From contig NW_005434667.1 in NCBI RefSeq assembly GCF_000315625.1, positions 405,160 to 469,159 of the forward strand: a DNA stretch of 64,000 nucleotides, in the 5' to 3' direction. The position numbers and the translations under genes were made by a program. This document shows, piece by piece, positions 30,101-43,479 of this stretch (position 1 is its first letter; each line of letters starts with the position of its first letter). This DNA is from Guillardia theta CCMP2712. Taxonomy: Eukaryota; Protista; Cryptophyta. The notes under the pieces were generated by a model, which saw only the letters and a list, made by a program, of their open reading frames with translations, ran no database searches and was not told the DNA's origin.

Positions 30101-33100
30101 GACTGACGATCAGCGACTTTCCCTTGACTTTAGGACGAGACGCCTTCGCGCCTCTCCTGATCAACTTCTTCAACTCTACCTACATGTACCAGGACACCGC
30201 CATGGCTGATGCTAACAACACCATCTACGTGTCGTTCAGCACTGCAGCCCCGCTGCAACCCGGGGCTAAGATAGTCCTCAAAGGCATGAAGAATCTCCCG
30301 GTCAACGTGGTCGTCAAGAACTCAGTTGATGGAGTAATCTCAAACCAATCTCAGTACGAAGGAGAGGCAATCTTTCAGACAGACACTGAGTTCGAGCTTG
30401 ATGGCAACATTCTCACTGTTTTCATCTCAAGCAATAGCAGCGGAACATTGGCAGGACTGAAGTACACTTTTGCGATCTCTTTCCGAAATCCATCAGCGTA
30501 TCAGGGCAATCCTTACATCACCATACAGGCCGTTGACCCTTACGCTACTACGTACCCGGACGAGGCCAACATTGGAAGCTACCTGAACGCTCCTCTTCTC
30601 ATCGTTGACTTTGTCCAGAAAGAGATCAGGCAGAGCACAGCAGAAGCAGGGGGATTGAACACTTTCACAGTCACCCTGTCAGTGAGCACGGACATCTTCG
30701 CGCTTCCGGTAGTCACCATCACAATTGGTGGCCTCCTGCCCACTCAGACGCCGTCGGGCAGCGACACGTCAGTCTCCAGCAGCGACCTGGTGTTGGGGAA
30801 CTCGACGTGGCTTGAGACAGGGTTGCTAACCATCGAAGTGAAGCAAACGATGATGGCGGAAGTGAAGTACTCGCTCTCTTTCACACTTCGAAACCCTTGG
30901 AAGGCTCAGCCTCCCGTCCAGCCTTTCATCTCAGCAAACGGCAGTGACATCCACGAATCAATGATGGACTACTCTCTTTCCACCGCCCCATTGAAGATTC
31001 ACGTCAACCTCACTGAAAAGCTTATCAGTCAGTCAACAGTCTCTGCTGGATCTGACAACGTCATCACAGTCTCCTTGAAGTCCGCCTATGGATTTTTTAC
31101 TGGACACTCAATGACATTGGCAGGCCTCATGAAGAGCCTAACGCCCACAGGATCTCTGTTTGTGCAGACCAAGGTCGTAGATGCAGATCAGGCGGTCGTT
31201 AGCACGAAGAACATATCAGCGAAGTGGTTTCAGCACAATGGCACCTTGATGTTCGCCGACTTCAGGAGGGACGTTGATGTCTCGAACGCGTATGTGATTC
31301 AGTTCACCTTGAGAAACCCTCTCTATCCTCAGACCTCACCGGCAGTCAGCCTCTTCATGTCTGAGATCCTCGAAGAGTGGACGAACCTGACCGCTGGCGA
31401 TGGTGTTCAGGCACCGCTCCTGGTAGCTGGGTTCCTGCAGGGCAAGATATCGCAGACTTCAGCTGACCAAGGGATGGTCAACAGCATTCTGATTCGTTTT
31501 AGTCTGCGAGCTTCCCTCCCAGAGGGAGCTCTGGTCGTGGTGGGCGGGTTGGAGGAGGTGGACAGTGAGGTCAGAGATGTGCAGATCAAGGTCTTTCGAG
31601 AGAGTGGGAATACCACCGAGGACCTGCAGAGCTTCCTTCCCGCCGCTGCTTGGAATGGAACGAGCGGAACTCTGTCAATCACAGTAGGGCAGGGGCAGTC
31701 TGCGCTGTCCGAGACGGAGTACCTCATTGTATGGAACGTCACAAATCCGAACGTGAGCAGGAGCTCTCCTTCTTCCATATACCTCGTTGGAGGCGGAGCT
31801 GCTTACATGTCTCCTTTCAACATGACGAGGGATGTCTTTCTGCGTCAACCCTTCCTCGTCACTGGGCTGATCTCGGCCTCCATGGAGCAGAACGAGACCT
31901 CCATTGGTCGGGCAAACCTGGTTACCCTCAAGTTTGCGACCACCACCCTCCTCCCCCCCTACACAGTGATCTCGATATTGAGCAATCCCTTCCTCGGCTC
32001 TCTCGACGTCCTGCAGACGTTGCTACCCAGCGGATTCTCGAGGCATCTGACGGACGGTCTTGTCTTTTTCGTCGATCAGAACACAGTAGCAGGGAAGGAG
32101 TATCAGATCGGCGTTGTCATCAGAAACAGAGTCCACATGCAAGAGTCTCCAGAGCTGCATCTGCAGATGACTGGAGGAATCATTATTGTACCCTTCACCA
32201 TCTCCAAGGCCGGAGGGAATGCAGCTCCCTTCCTCATTGCAGGGTTGCTCCTGAAAAACATTTCGCAGTCGAACTTTGATCAGGATCTTGACAACACTAT
32301 AACGGTTAACGTCTCCTCGAACGTAGACCTCAAGGCGCATGTATGCCAACTCGTACTGGTTGGCCTCAAGGGTTCGCAGACCCCAACTTCTTCTGTCTTG
32401 CCGGTTTTGCAGGCGCAAGGTGTTCAGAATGTATCGCAGTGGACTGTGCAGACGGGGAGTTGAAGGTGAAAGTCGACAGGGTTGTTTCCGCCGGAGATTT
32501 TCTAAGTTTTCGTTTTGTTCTCAAGAATCCCAAGTACCTGCAATCGTCCCCTCCAGTGGATATTTACGTCGAAGGAGAAGTTCTGACAGAATCCTATGGA
32601 ATGGACAAGCCGTCGGCTGTTCGTTATCAACCACTGTTTGTGATAGGTCTGACAGAAGCGAGAGTGAAGCAAGAAACTCCTTCAGCTGGCGTGATAAACA
32701 CCATCACCGTCGATCTCGTCTTCTCAGGATCAGGTCAAGTTGACATGCTTATTTACGTTCAAGGTCTGCAAGGTATCCACAACGAGAGTAACAGCAACGT
32801 GTCAGTGACGTTTAACGCGACCGATGCGATTGTCAGTGCGGGAGAGTACACTCACAGCAACTACAGCCTCTCTGTCAGACTTCAATTCTACATCATACAA
32901 GACACCTTGTTCCGCATGCAGTTCCCTGTGCAGAACCCCCTCGAAGGGCAGGAGTCCAAACAGCTTCAGCTTCAGACGTTGTACCCCAAGATCCTCCCCC
33001 TTCAGCTCTCGGCTCCCATTGGAAACGATTCACCGCTCCTCATCGCAAAGTTCCTGTCAGCTAGCATCGGGCAGAGCAATCCCTCCATCAGCGAGGAGAA

Positions 33101-36100
33101 CGTTCTCACAGTGACCATACAGGCGAACGCGCTGCTAACTCCAGGAACGATCCTCGTCCTCAGTGGGCTAGTCAAGACGGCTTCCAACTCCTCGCGCAAC
33201 TTCAAGGTCTTTGATGCCGCTGGATTCTTGAACCCTCTTGGGACGTGGGAGAGAGACAGCGGGACCCTGAAAGCTCTGATCCTTCCAGCAGCAGGTCAAG
33301 GCCTCCCAAGAGGACAACAGCTCGTCTTCAACTTCACCGTGATCAACACGCACACGGATCAGAGCTCTCCAAACGTCTCCATCAGCAGCATCCTGTACGA
33401 AGACTCTTTCAACGACCTCCACAACCATAGCATCGAGTCGCAGGCGGGAGTGGCGATGAGTGAGACTCTTGTCAAGAACGCGCCTCTCAGCTTGTCCCCG
33501 CTCTACATCGGCAGCCTCAAGGTGTACAACCTGACTCAGAGCTCGCCCGAGGCTGGGGCCTTCAACGACATGAGCATCTTCTTCAGCTCCAACATCGCGC
33601 TGACCAAGGCGAGGACTTGCAAGCTCACCCTCGTTGGCCTCTCGGGGTCCGCGACCCCGAGCGGCGCCATCTCAATCCGCGTCAACGCCCTATATCCCGG
33701 GAACAGGAGGACTACCGATCAAGTCTCAGAGCTCGGACAAGTTGCCGTGTGGGATGCTGCCAACGGGACTTTGACCTTGACCGTGGACACTCAGACGATT
33801 ATTGGCGCCGTCTACCAGGTTACCTTCCGCCTGCTGAACTCGCTCGCTCCTCAGCTTCCACCAGAAGTCTCGCTAGTCTCTAGCGGCATCGCCATGCCTG
33901 TCGTCAAGATCCCTCAGGCTGGTCGAGCTCAGTCCGCCCTCGTGATCGCAGGCTTCTTCCACAAGCACATCCAGCAGAGCACTCCATCACAAGCCGCAAA
34001 CAACTCCCTGACAGTCTCGTTCACGTCCTCTTGTTTCCTTCCCAAGGGAAGCTACCTCACTCTCTCCGGCCTCACTGGAAGCGCCACATCGTCACCCAGC
34101 CTCGAGATCTCCTCCTCAAACCTTACCATCTTCGAGAAAGTTGCGAGCTGGACTCGTAGCACAGGCACGCTGATCTTGAGGCTGGGGAACGACACGGAGC
34201 CCCAGCTCGTCTACCAGTTCTCCTTCGTTCTTGTGAACCCGAGCAGGGGGCAGCCTTCGCGTCCTATCTATCTGTCAGTAGGAGGCCCCGTCATCGTGCA
34301 CCCGACCTTGCTGGATGCTGCGACAGGCAACAGCGCTCCCCTTGTGGTAGCCCAGTTCGTTTCCTCCTTCACCTCGAACGCTTCCATCGGACAGTCGACC
34401 CCTTATCCCGGAGAGCTTAACCTGATCACGGCAACTCTCTCCACTTCCCTCTCGCTCTCTGCTGGGTGCCGAGTCACCATCACTGGGCTGACGGGAAGCG
34501 CGACAGACGACAGCAACCTGACGGTAGCCTTCTCTAACAACGAAGAGCAGGTGGTCCGCTGGCGGAGAGCGGATGGATCTCTCTCCTTCGAGCTGTCACA
34601 GGCGCTCGCTGACCTGGTCAACTTCACCTTCTCCTTCGTCATTACCAACGGGCAGAAACGACAAGAAGCGCCGAATGTGTTCGCCGAGATCAGCGGCCCT
34701 GTCGTGGTCTTGCAGACAGCGATCGGGAAGGCTGAGGGCAACCGTGCTCCTCTTCTCATCGCCGGGTTTGTGAGCAGCCGAGTGTCCAGCCGATCGTTCG
34801 TGCAGGACGAGCTGAACTCGATCACTCTCACCTTCTCGTTGAACGTCGACGTGAGCGTGACAGACAGCATTGCTGACGGGAGCAGAGAGCTTCTTGCGCT
34901 CCTTCTGTACGTCGAAGGCCTTGAAGACATGTGAGTAAAGCAAGAGACATCTTCCCTTGGTTGAAACTAGAATATGATGACTCTTCCTCCTTCTTCTGTG
35001 ATACATCTGCAAAGCTCTGATCCTTGATACACAGGTTGAGTCTCGGAAATTTTGTGATCCTGAACAAGACTCAGGGGGATCTGAGGTACACGGTATTCAA
35101 CGAGGCAGGCCTCCTGTCGTTTAGGCTGGACAAGCCCTCGATGATAGCAGCTGGGAGCCAGTACAACGTCTCAGCTGAGTTCCGCAACCCGAGTCGTCCG
35201 ATCCAGCCCTCGAACCTCACGGTCTCCGCTGGCATATGTAGCTCGATGACCAGCAACTGCTCGGTGGAGCACGTGCTGTCAAGAGTCAAGTTTCGCATCG
35301 CGCCTGCCTCACCTGGACCGATCTTTGTGGCAGGATTTCTGCATGGCAACATCAGCCAGTCGTCCTTCTTTCCCAGCTCCATCAACGTCTCTGTCGCCAA
35401 CACCCTGACTGTATGGCTCTCATGCAACGTCGCCATCCGCCGAGGGTTCAGACTGACTGTCTCTGGTCTGAATCGCACCAGAGGAGTCGATAGGCAGGTG
35501 CCGTTGATAGCTCAGGCTCAGGATGGCACAACCCTCAACAACTTCGACAGCCTGGCGAACCTGTCAGTGACCCTCGGTCAACTTGTGCTGACAGCGAAGA
35601 ACCCGATTGCGGCCCTCTCTTCGATCTACTTGCAGTTCAACGTCACCAACCCAACAACTGGGCAAGAAGCTGTATCAGCCTCCTTATCCTCCAGTGACAT
35701 TCCTATCCCTCCCACCCTCCTCTCTCCCGCAGGCGGCCTGAGCTCTCCCCTCTTCATCGCAGGATTCCGTCAGGCATCGATCGGGCAGACGACACCTGGA
35801 GCCGGCAGTCTCAACTACCTCACCCTCAACATCTCCTTCTACAATCCTATCTTGAAGGGCCTGGTCCTGGTTGTCCGAGGCCTCGACGGAGTCTCGTTAC
35901 CCTCCAACGTGACGGTCTATGGGGATTTCTCTCCCAACGACGTGGCTGCAGTCTCGTGCGAGGCCTCTTCCTTGTGCGTGACTTTCGCCACAGAGCTCCC
36001 GTCCTCCCAGCTGTTCAGGTTCTCATTCGAGGTCACAAATCCCCTTCAAGGTCAGGAGTCTCCGGCCATGCACGTTGAAACCAAGGGCAGTGTGCGCATC

Positions 36101-39100
36101 TGGCCCTTCGAGCTGGACAAGGAGGATGGGAATCGTGCGCCTCTGCTCGTCGCAGGTTTCACTTTGCTGTCTATCGGACAGTCGAATCCGGGCAATCTGA
36201 TCGCTAACACTCTGACTGTGACCCTGGCGTCCCGAGTTACGATCGCGCAGGACGATGCGTTGACCATCTCCGGTCTCACAGGGACTGTCACTGAGTCTTC
36301 GCTCCTGCAGTTGAGTGGCAACCTGTCAAGTTTCGTGGTTGGGCAGAAAGGGAACTGGAGCGCTGAGGATGGAAAGCTGACGATGTTGTTCGGGGAACCA
36401 GTTCCGCCAGAGGTCTACGTCTTCTCCTTTACCCTCAAGAACGGCGAGGTCGCTCAATCCTCCCCTCAAGTATCCATCGAGATCAATGGAGTAACGAGGC
36501 ACGCTGGAGTACCTATGAACAAGGCTCAGGGCAATGCAGATCCGCTGCTGATTGGAGGAATGAATGTGTCAATGTCGCAGACCGTGTCCTCCCGAGGGAA
36601 TTTGAATGCGCTAAGAGTCTCGCTCTCTTGCTCGGTGCTGCTTCCAGCCGAATCGGTTCTCATCATCTCGTCTTTCATGTCAGCGAAGCTTGCGGACCCA
36701 GCGGGGATCGTCGTCAACCGAACCAGCGTGCTGGCGAGCAGCGGAGGGCTGGTGGATGTGGTTTGGAACGACTCGAGCATCCGCTTCTCCTTCTCTGAGG
36801 CTCTGCAAGCAAATGTGCGACAAAACTTCACCTTCCACATCATCAACCCTGAAGCCTCTCAGTCTTCGCCAACTTTCACAGCTCGCATAGAGGGGGACGT
36901 CCCTATTGCAAGCTCGGAAGTCGCGAGGGGAACAGGAAGGGAAGCTCCGCTCTTCGTGTCCTCGTATCTCTCCTACGCTACGATGACTCAGAGCTCTCCG
37001 TCGGTCAACAGCCTCAACACCCTGACCTTCATGTTCGCGACTCCAGACGGATTTGACGGCAGCAAGGGCATCCGGATCACCTTGTCGGGTCTTGTCAACA
37101 CGCAGACATCTGACTCCGAACAACTCGAGCTTGTCCCCTCGTGCGGTCTCAACTCCTCGGGGACTTGGATCCAGTCCCTTGGCCAGCTCGTCGTCTCGGT
37201 GATCAGCACCATTCCAGCTGACACCAACTGCTCTCTGTCATTCAACGTCACCAACCCAGCGACCGGGCAGAGTTCTCCTCCTCTCTTGTTCTCCGCTCCT
37301 CTTGCTGGCATCGCCCCGCAGCAGATCGTTGCTGCGGCAGGAAACGGTGCTCCCCTGCTTGTTGCTCGCTTCACCTCAGTTAGGATGGTCCAGTCCAATG
37401 CTTTCCCCGGAGCAAGAAACCAGCTCATCGTGGAGTTCACAGCTAACGTCGATTTCCCCTCCTCCAGCCTCTTCTGGGTTGCTGGGCTGGATGCACAGAA
37501 GATCGATTGGACCAAGTCGTTCACCGTCTGCTCCTCCCTCCCTCTCTGCGTGAGCTCTCAGCAGGTTCCCAACTCGTCCTGCCCATTCCTTGAGGTTGCC
37601 AACAACTCGACGCCGGGAGGAGGAAGCAGCGGGAGCAACGAGTGCAGCCAAGGGAGTTGCTGTACCATGTCCATCAACGCTTCCTCGTCGACTCTCTGCA
37701 AGGATTCTTCTTCCTCCTGTTATTCCTTTCAGGCATCGCCGTGGCATGACTCGACGAGTGCGCCCGACGCATGCGAGAGGTTCTTGTTCAGCGTCTCAGA
37801 CTTTCTTCCAGCAAACGTAGCACATCAGGTGACGATTGAGTTCTCGAACTCGATGGTCTCCGGCACCAACAGGTTTGCCTTATCGTTGGGAGCAGCAGGA
37901 TCAATCTGCATCAATGACGGATTGCCAGTGCTTGGGACGGGCAGCGCTCAGCCCTTCTTCATCGCGGGGTGGAACTACAAGTTCATCGAGCAGAGCACAG
38001 TCGCGACAGCCGCGTCAAACAAGATCCGTCTTGTCATTCAGATGGGAGCTGATGTGCTGGCTATGGACAACCGATCGATTCTCCTCACAGGCCTGCTGGG
38101 AAGTGCCACCCCCACTGGCTCCATCCAGGTGGTCTCGGACAGCGTCTTCGAGGCGAGAGGGATGTGGAACCAGTCCTCCGGATCTCTTCTGCTCAAGTTG
38201 TCCAACACCTTGCAGAAGGACGTCAACTACAGCATCTCCTTCGTCGTCCTCAACCCTTCCTACATGCAGGAGTCACCTGGCCCCATCCTCATCCAAGTCG
38301 TCACTGGAAGCGGGCAGGTCTTCATCCCGCCGTCCATCATGGACAAAGGGGCTCGCAACCAGGCGCCTCTCAAGGTCGCTGGCTTCACTACCGCAAGCAT
38401 AACACAGTCCTCCTCCGTTTGCGGGGCGAGCAACCGACTAAGCATCGTCCTCCAGCCCAACGTTGACCTGCAGGATCAAATCTTCGTCTTCTCCCTCTCC
38501 GGCTTGCAGAGCATGTGGCCAGGGTACCCCACCAGCATCGCGCTGGAGCAGGTGGAACCTGTCTTCCTCGGCTCGGCTCTCTGGTCCACGGGCGGTCGAG
38601 TTCTTCTCATCCTGCAGCAGAGCTTGCTGGCAGAGCAGACGACAAACATCTCCCTGGTGTTGGTCAACCCTTCGACGACGAGGAGCCCGACTCGCATGTC
38701 GGTCAAGGTCACGGCGCAGGACGTATCGCGGAACATCTTCGTTCCCTTCATCTCCAGCTTCCCCATCGCCTCTCCGCCGGACGAATGTTCCTCTGCTCCT
38801 CTGCACGTCACCCCCAACTTCAACGTCAGCGTCTTTGCTCGTGGCAACGCGTCGGTATCAGTGACTGTCGCCTCCTACCTGCAGGCCTCCCGGTACAGCC
38901 TGCTGCGCATACAGGGCCTGCCCGCGATGGACAACGAGACTCTCGCGCAGGGACTGAACGTGTCATGGTCGTCTTGCACCGGGGAGCGCAAGATCGTCAG
39001 CTGGGCCTCGTCCGACTTCAGCTGGAGTCAGAACATTCTCGATCTCCCGTCGCTCCTCCTCGAGATTGGCGTCACTTACCTTTTCGAGATACCGACGTTG

Positions 39101-39196
39101 CCCACCGCTTCGCCGCCTTCCATGCAGAACGTCTCGGTCCAGTCTGTCCCAGCTGGTGTTGATGGGTGTGGCATCGCACTGACCATCTCGCCTTGA
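21119..39196 (+). CDS. Giant (~5,900 aa) secreted protein: GCC2/GCC3 Cys-rich repeats, Ca-binding EGF, Myxococcus-type Cys repeat, FG-GAP propeller, and many ~150-aa beta-rich repeats
   Basis: Signal peptide MRIVNVATGKPAKLLIVLILLSNILF. CxxCPAGxYK, DINEC, CGNGRIEGYEMCDDGN and FGSSVA motifs; repeated ISQS..N.ITV..GL.GS.T..W...G.L..NP...Q.SP units. Introns at ~21206-21251, 23746-23802, 27967-28020 and 34931-35034. N-gap and frameshifts near 22060 and 32457. Confidence 0.8.
21345..23445 (+). repeat. Near-identical 648-bp (216-aa) coding tandem repeat, at least 3 copies, containing an assembly gap at 21669-21768
   Basis: Identical sequence recurs at 22307 and 22955 (period 648). Confidence 0.9.
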
Positions 39197-39520
39197 ATGT
39201 GAGGAGGGCAAGGAAGGTTCAGATCAAGTGGCTGACTTCTTTCGCATTTTTGTTGTAAGATAGTGTTAAAGTTCGTGAAACTCGTCCGAGTCCTCACTCG
39301 CTCTGCACTGAAATTGTCCGACTGATCTGACTGAACTGAACCGCCTTCAAGTGGTAGTGCCCCGCTGTATGTAACCGTTACAACGGAATCTCGAAGTTCT
39401 CCGACGATCCGCAGAGGAAGTTCCCCAGGTTCAATTCCACTGAATCGACTGATTTGTATTGGATTCCAACAGATTTAATCGGTTTGAATCCGATGCTTGC
39501 GGCTTCCAGAACCACGTGCC

Positions 39521-40197
39521 ATGCTGCGTTTCCTCGCTCCCCGTGTTGTCGCCGCCGCCCGCCGAGTGCAAGGTCAGCAGCTTCTCCTTCTACTCCTGCT
39601 TCTGCTTCATCTCTAGCTCTTCCTGTCCCTTTCTGCTTTCCTCTCCTCTCTCCCTCCATCGTCCTTCTTCCCCACCCTTGCGACCTGGAAGCTCTACGCC
39701 TGCTGCCACAAACTCGCAGTTGTCGTCTAACTCTGTGTCGACCAGGACCGAAGGTTGCAAGAGCCATGTGCTCCAAGTCGCTTGAGGGCACCAAGACTCT
39801 TCAAAACCTCAAGGACGCCTTCGCCGGCGAGTGCATGGCCAAAGCTCGTTACGAGTATTTCGCTCAGAGGGCTGACGTCGAGGGGTACACGGAGATAGCT
39901 GCTGCATTCAGACAAGTAGCTCAGTCGGAAGAGGGACAAGCTCTCGGCCATCTGGAGTTCTTGCAGGAGATCGGTGACCCTGTCTCTAACCAGCCGTTTG
40001 GCTCCACCATCGACAATCTCAACGCCGCCATCATTGGCGAGAACCACGATGGCAACACAATGTACCCTGAGTTCGCCAAGGTCGCGAGGCAGGAGGGCTT
40101 CGAAGACGTCGCCAACTGGTTTGAGACGCTTGCAGAAGCTGAACGCATCCAGCTCCGCAGGTTCCAACGGGCGGTGGAGAACATTGGCGACGCTTAA
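39521..40197 (+). CDS. Short-chain rubrerythrin (no rubredoxin domain) with a mitochondrial-type presequence; intron 39573-39745
   Basis: MLRFLAPRVVAAARRVQ|GPKVARAMC then SLEGTKTLQNLKDAFAGE..YFAQRADVEG..MYPEFAKVARQEGFEDVANWFETLAEAE. Confidence 0.85.
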
Positions 40198-40304
40198 ACC
40201 TGGGCAGAGCTCTCTGAAAGGCTCGAAACGCTCAGGCCGTAGACTAGATTTTCTGCATTCAACTTTGTAATCTGTTTGTGATACAAGCAAACTGAAGCTC
40301 TCAG

Positions 40305-43143
40305 CTACTGCTCCCACATGTCCTCCAAATTCGCGTCGTTCTACATCCCAGTCAGGATCACCAACATGACGAAGGTGTCTGTGTACCTGAATCTCCTTCC
40401 TCATCAACAGCATCTCTTCCAGCTTCTTGCTCGTGTCTTTCATCCGCTCGTTCTGCTCCTTGAGCTCCTCGGGGACTTTGCAGGTGTCAACCGGTCCTGG
40501 CTGTCTCCTCCGCTCGTGGTATGCGTCGACGAGCTGCTTGTGGTAGTCCCTACCACCAGGTGAACAGCTTCCTTGCTACATGAGATCAACCAACCTGTAC
40601 CAGTCCCCGAGCACCTTGCATTGTTCTGATACATCCACACTGCGGACACAGGAATGTCAAAACATATTTGTTGCTGCTTCAGCAGCGACGCCTAATCGAT
40701 TCCCCAAGGCAACAGAGAAGAAACAAGTCTACAACTTCATGCTCACTTCATGACTGATTCTGTCGTCCCGCCGCTCGAAGTATATATAGGGGTGCCGACA
40801 ATTTCATGGTCTATCTCATCCTGCACCCTTCCCAAGTCGAAGTTGGTCACGTATTTGTGGTACTTGGGAAACAGGTCGTATATGCTGTCCCTCATAATCG
40901 AGCGGATTCGAAGAACGATCTGAGATGTCATCAGGAATTCGTTGCACGAGAACTTCGATTGCATACGTTCTCAGCATATGCGAGGCAGTCCCATACATCT
41001 CTGGGGTCGTGTTCTACTTCCTGTCACCGAGGTCAACAAGGTGCATACCCATCAATGAGCCGATACAGAGGAGGACGAGGAGGAGCTGACTTCTGTTGTC
41101 GGAAGTCCCGTCACATCATCGAACACTACAGCTATGATCTGCACCACCATTGCTTCTGATCATTTCAAGACATTTCTATCGGATCGGAGCGAACGAACCT
41201 GCACTTCGTCTCGTTTCTTGTGATCATACAGTACACATTCGGCATGCAGGCAGGCGTACTCATGGCTCTGCTTCCCCGGGTATTGAAACCTTGGGATGCT
41301 CATTCTCTGGTTCAAAACTGAACATAAAGTGACAGACCTGCTCTGGAGCTTCATTCCAGATAGATTCATTGCCTGATGCGACGGCTGTCAGCCCTTCCCC
41401 GGTTTCGATCCTCCTCTTATTTTCACCTGCCAGCTCTCGAGGCGATCCTTATCAACGTGCCCATAGAGCGTTCTCCATGGCCTGCCGCGTCATCAACAAG
41501 AAAAAATGGCGTCCATCCATGAGGAATGACTTACTTGCCAATAATGTCTTCTACAGGAGGCTTGAAATGTTCCATGAAACACTCGCTGGCGTATATGATC
41601 TCGGAATCAATGCTCTGCACAAGACAACTTCAGCTGGCAATGAAATCATCGGCTTTACGCACCTCATTCTTCAAGCGCAGCAACAAGAAGGAATGGTTAT
41701 AGCTCGAAGGCTCGGACCTGATGATCTCGTCGAATCTTTCGATCAACATTCCGAAGATACCACACTGAGGAAATGCGGGAGAATAATACACAGGATCTGA
41801 GAAGTTCTCTTCTGGAAAGCTATCTTTGAAGAGCTCACTCTCATATTCAGACGACGAGACGCCAAAGTGAGAGTCAATCTCCACTTTTTCTTCGTCAGAA
41901 TTCGTGAAAGATTTCAGCAGGTCATCGTTGTTCAAATAATCATCCCAGTCGGGGTTCTCGGGAACACCCATGTCATTGGCCCTGTTTTTGTAGTATTCGT
42001 CAAAGTCTTTGTTGTCCAGGGTCTGCATTTCTGGTCCGGCTCGTCCCAAAAATTCGTCGATTTGCTCTTCGTCGAGACCTCCTCTTAAACACAAATTCTC
42101 ATCTGCACAGCGTTAAAGCATTCACGGTTGGAAATCAATGAACTGAACCTTCAAGTCCATATTCCCTCAGCCTCATGTCAAGAACCGACCTGATCGACGT
42201 CATTCCTCTCACGGGGCAGAGAAAAAAAACACTATCACTTGAAGTCATGGTTCATCCTTAAAGTAGGAGTGTAGTTCTGAAGGCATCACAATCAGTAATC
42301 AGTAGGAGGTAACGGGGCTATCAGAAGTTTCTTTACATCCTCTGGTTCCAGATCCTCGATGGTCTCATTGACGTACACAATCTGAAATCTGCTTCAGCTT
42401 CCTCACAGACAACTCTGATCAGATACTTCATGCTCACGGATACAAGCTTCTTTGCAATTCTTGTCCAGGTCTAAAATCTACACCAAGGTGCTCTCAGAAA
42501 GGAAAGTCGATGGCGTCTTATCAGCACCTCGCCACCTTCTCTGAGATACAACCACTGATCAGGAATGTCAGAGCAGTCGACATGAAACAATTCCATTCTT
42601 GACCTTCAGCCCCTCGGAATGCTGTTTGCACAGGGGTAGGAGAAATGTTCGCAGTGGTTCTTCTTCACTTATATTCAGCCCAAACTCTGCAAGTCAAACT
42701 AGATCAAGTATGTTCGGTGAACTTGAGAGCTTTACTTCGTCCTCTTGGGTCCACTATCTTGAAGTATGTCCTTCGCTGATCTGATGAGCATCGCGAAACA
42801 TTCCGATAAAATGCCATCTTCAACTTCACATCAGAGGCGAGTAGTCCTCGCATCATGATTCTTACATGACGGAAGCCGGTGTGATATGTCTTAACAAACC
42901 CTACAAGGAAACATCACGAGACACCAGACGGGATTCAAGGACATTACTGATTTCTGTTTGCCGTTCTGAATGCGACGAGCCAGTGAAGGGAGGAGGAAGA
43001 GGCGAGGAAGGAGAATGAGGAGGAAGAGACGCAGGAGCAGTAGGGCGAGAAGAAGCGAGAGGAGAAGCCTGTGGCGGTTCCGATGCCAGGGGTAGCGCCA
43101 TCCACGCTCCCACTGCAAGGACAACCATGGCCTTGCATCGCAT
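40305..43143 (-). CDS. Multi-exon hypothetical protein with an N-terminal signal peptide
   Basis: MVVLAVGAWMALPLA signal, successive minus-strand exons (41630..42094, 40743..40964) and short introns; no recognised domain. Confidence 0.5.
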
Positions 43144-43479
43144 TGTTGTCGGGATATCCTGTGGAAAGTGTTTGAAAACGCAATCTCAAAGGCAGAAAAT
43201 ATTTAAATTAGTTTCTCCGGATTTATCACCAGCCTTATCTCGAAAGACCCTCTCTCTGAAGTGACTTCATCAGCAACCTGGAGCTGGAACAAGGAGAGTA
43301 CTGACTTGAACAGCAACTCCATGTCATGGAGATGCTGATGGAGATGCTGATGGAGATGGTACTGGTGGCAATGCTGATTGAGATGTCTCGACCACTATCT
43401 CTTACCTGCGCCTCCCCTACGAGCTCACAAGTTTCAGATACTAACTCAGGAAAGTTTGATTTGAGTTTACTTGAAAACG

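Noticed and set aside
39454-39745. Long N-terminal extension of the rubrerythrin ORF
   Set aside because: Better explained as read-through of a GT-AG intron (39573-39745).
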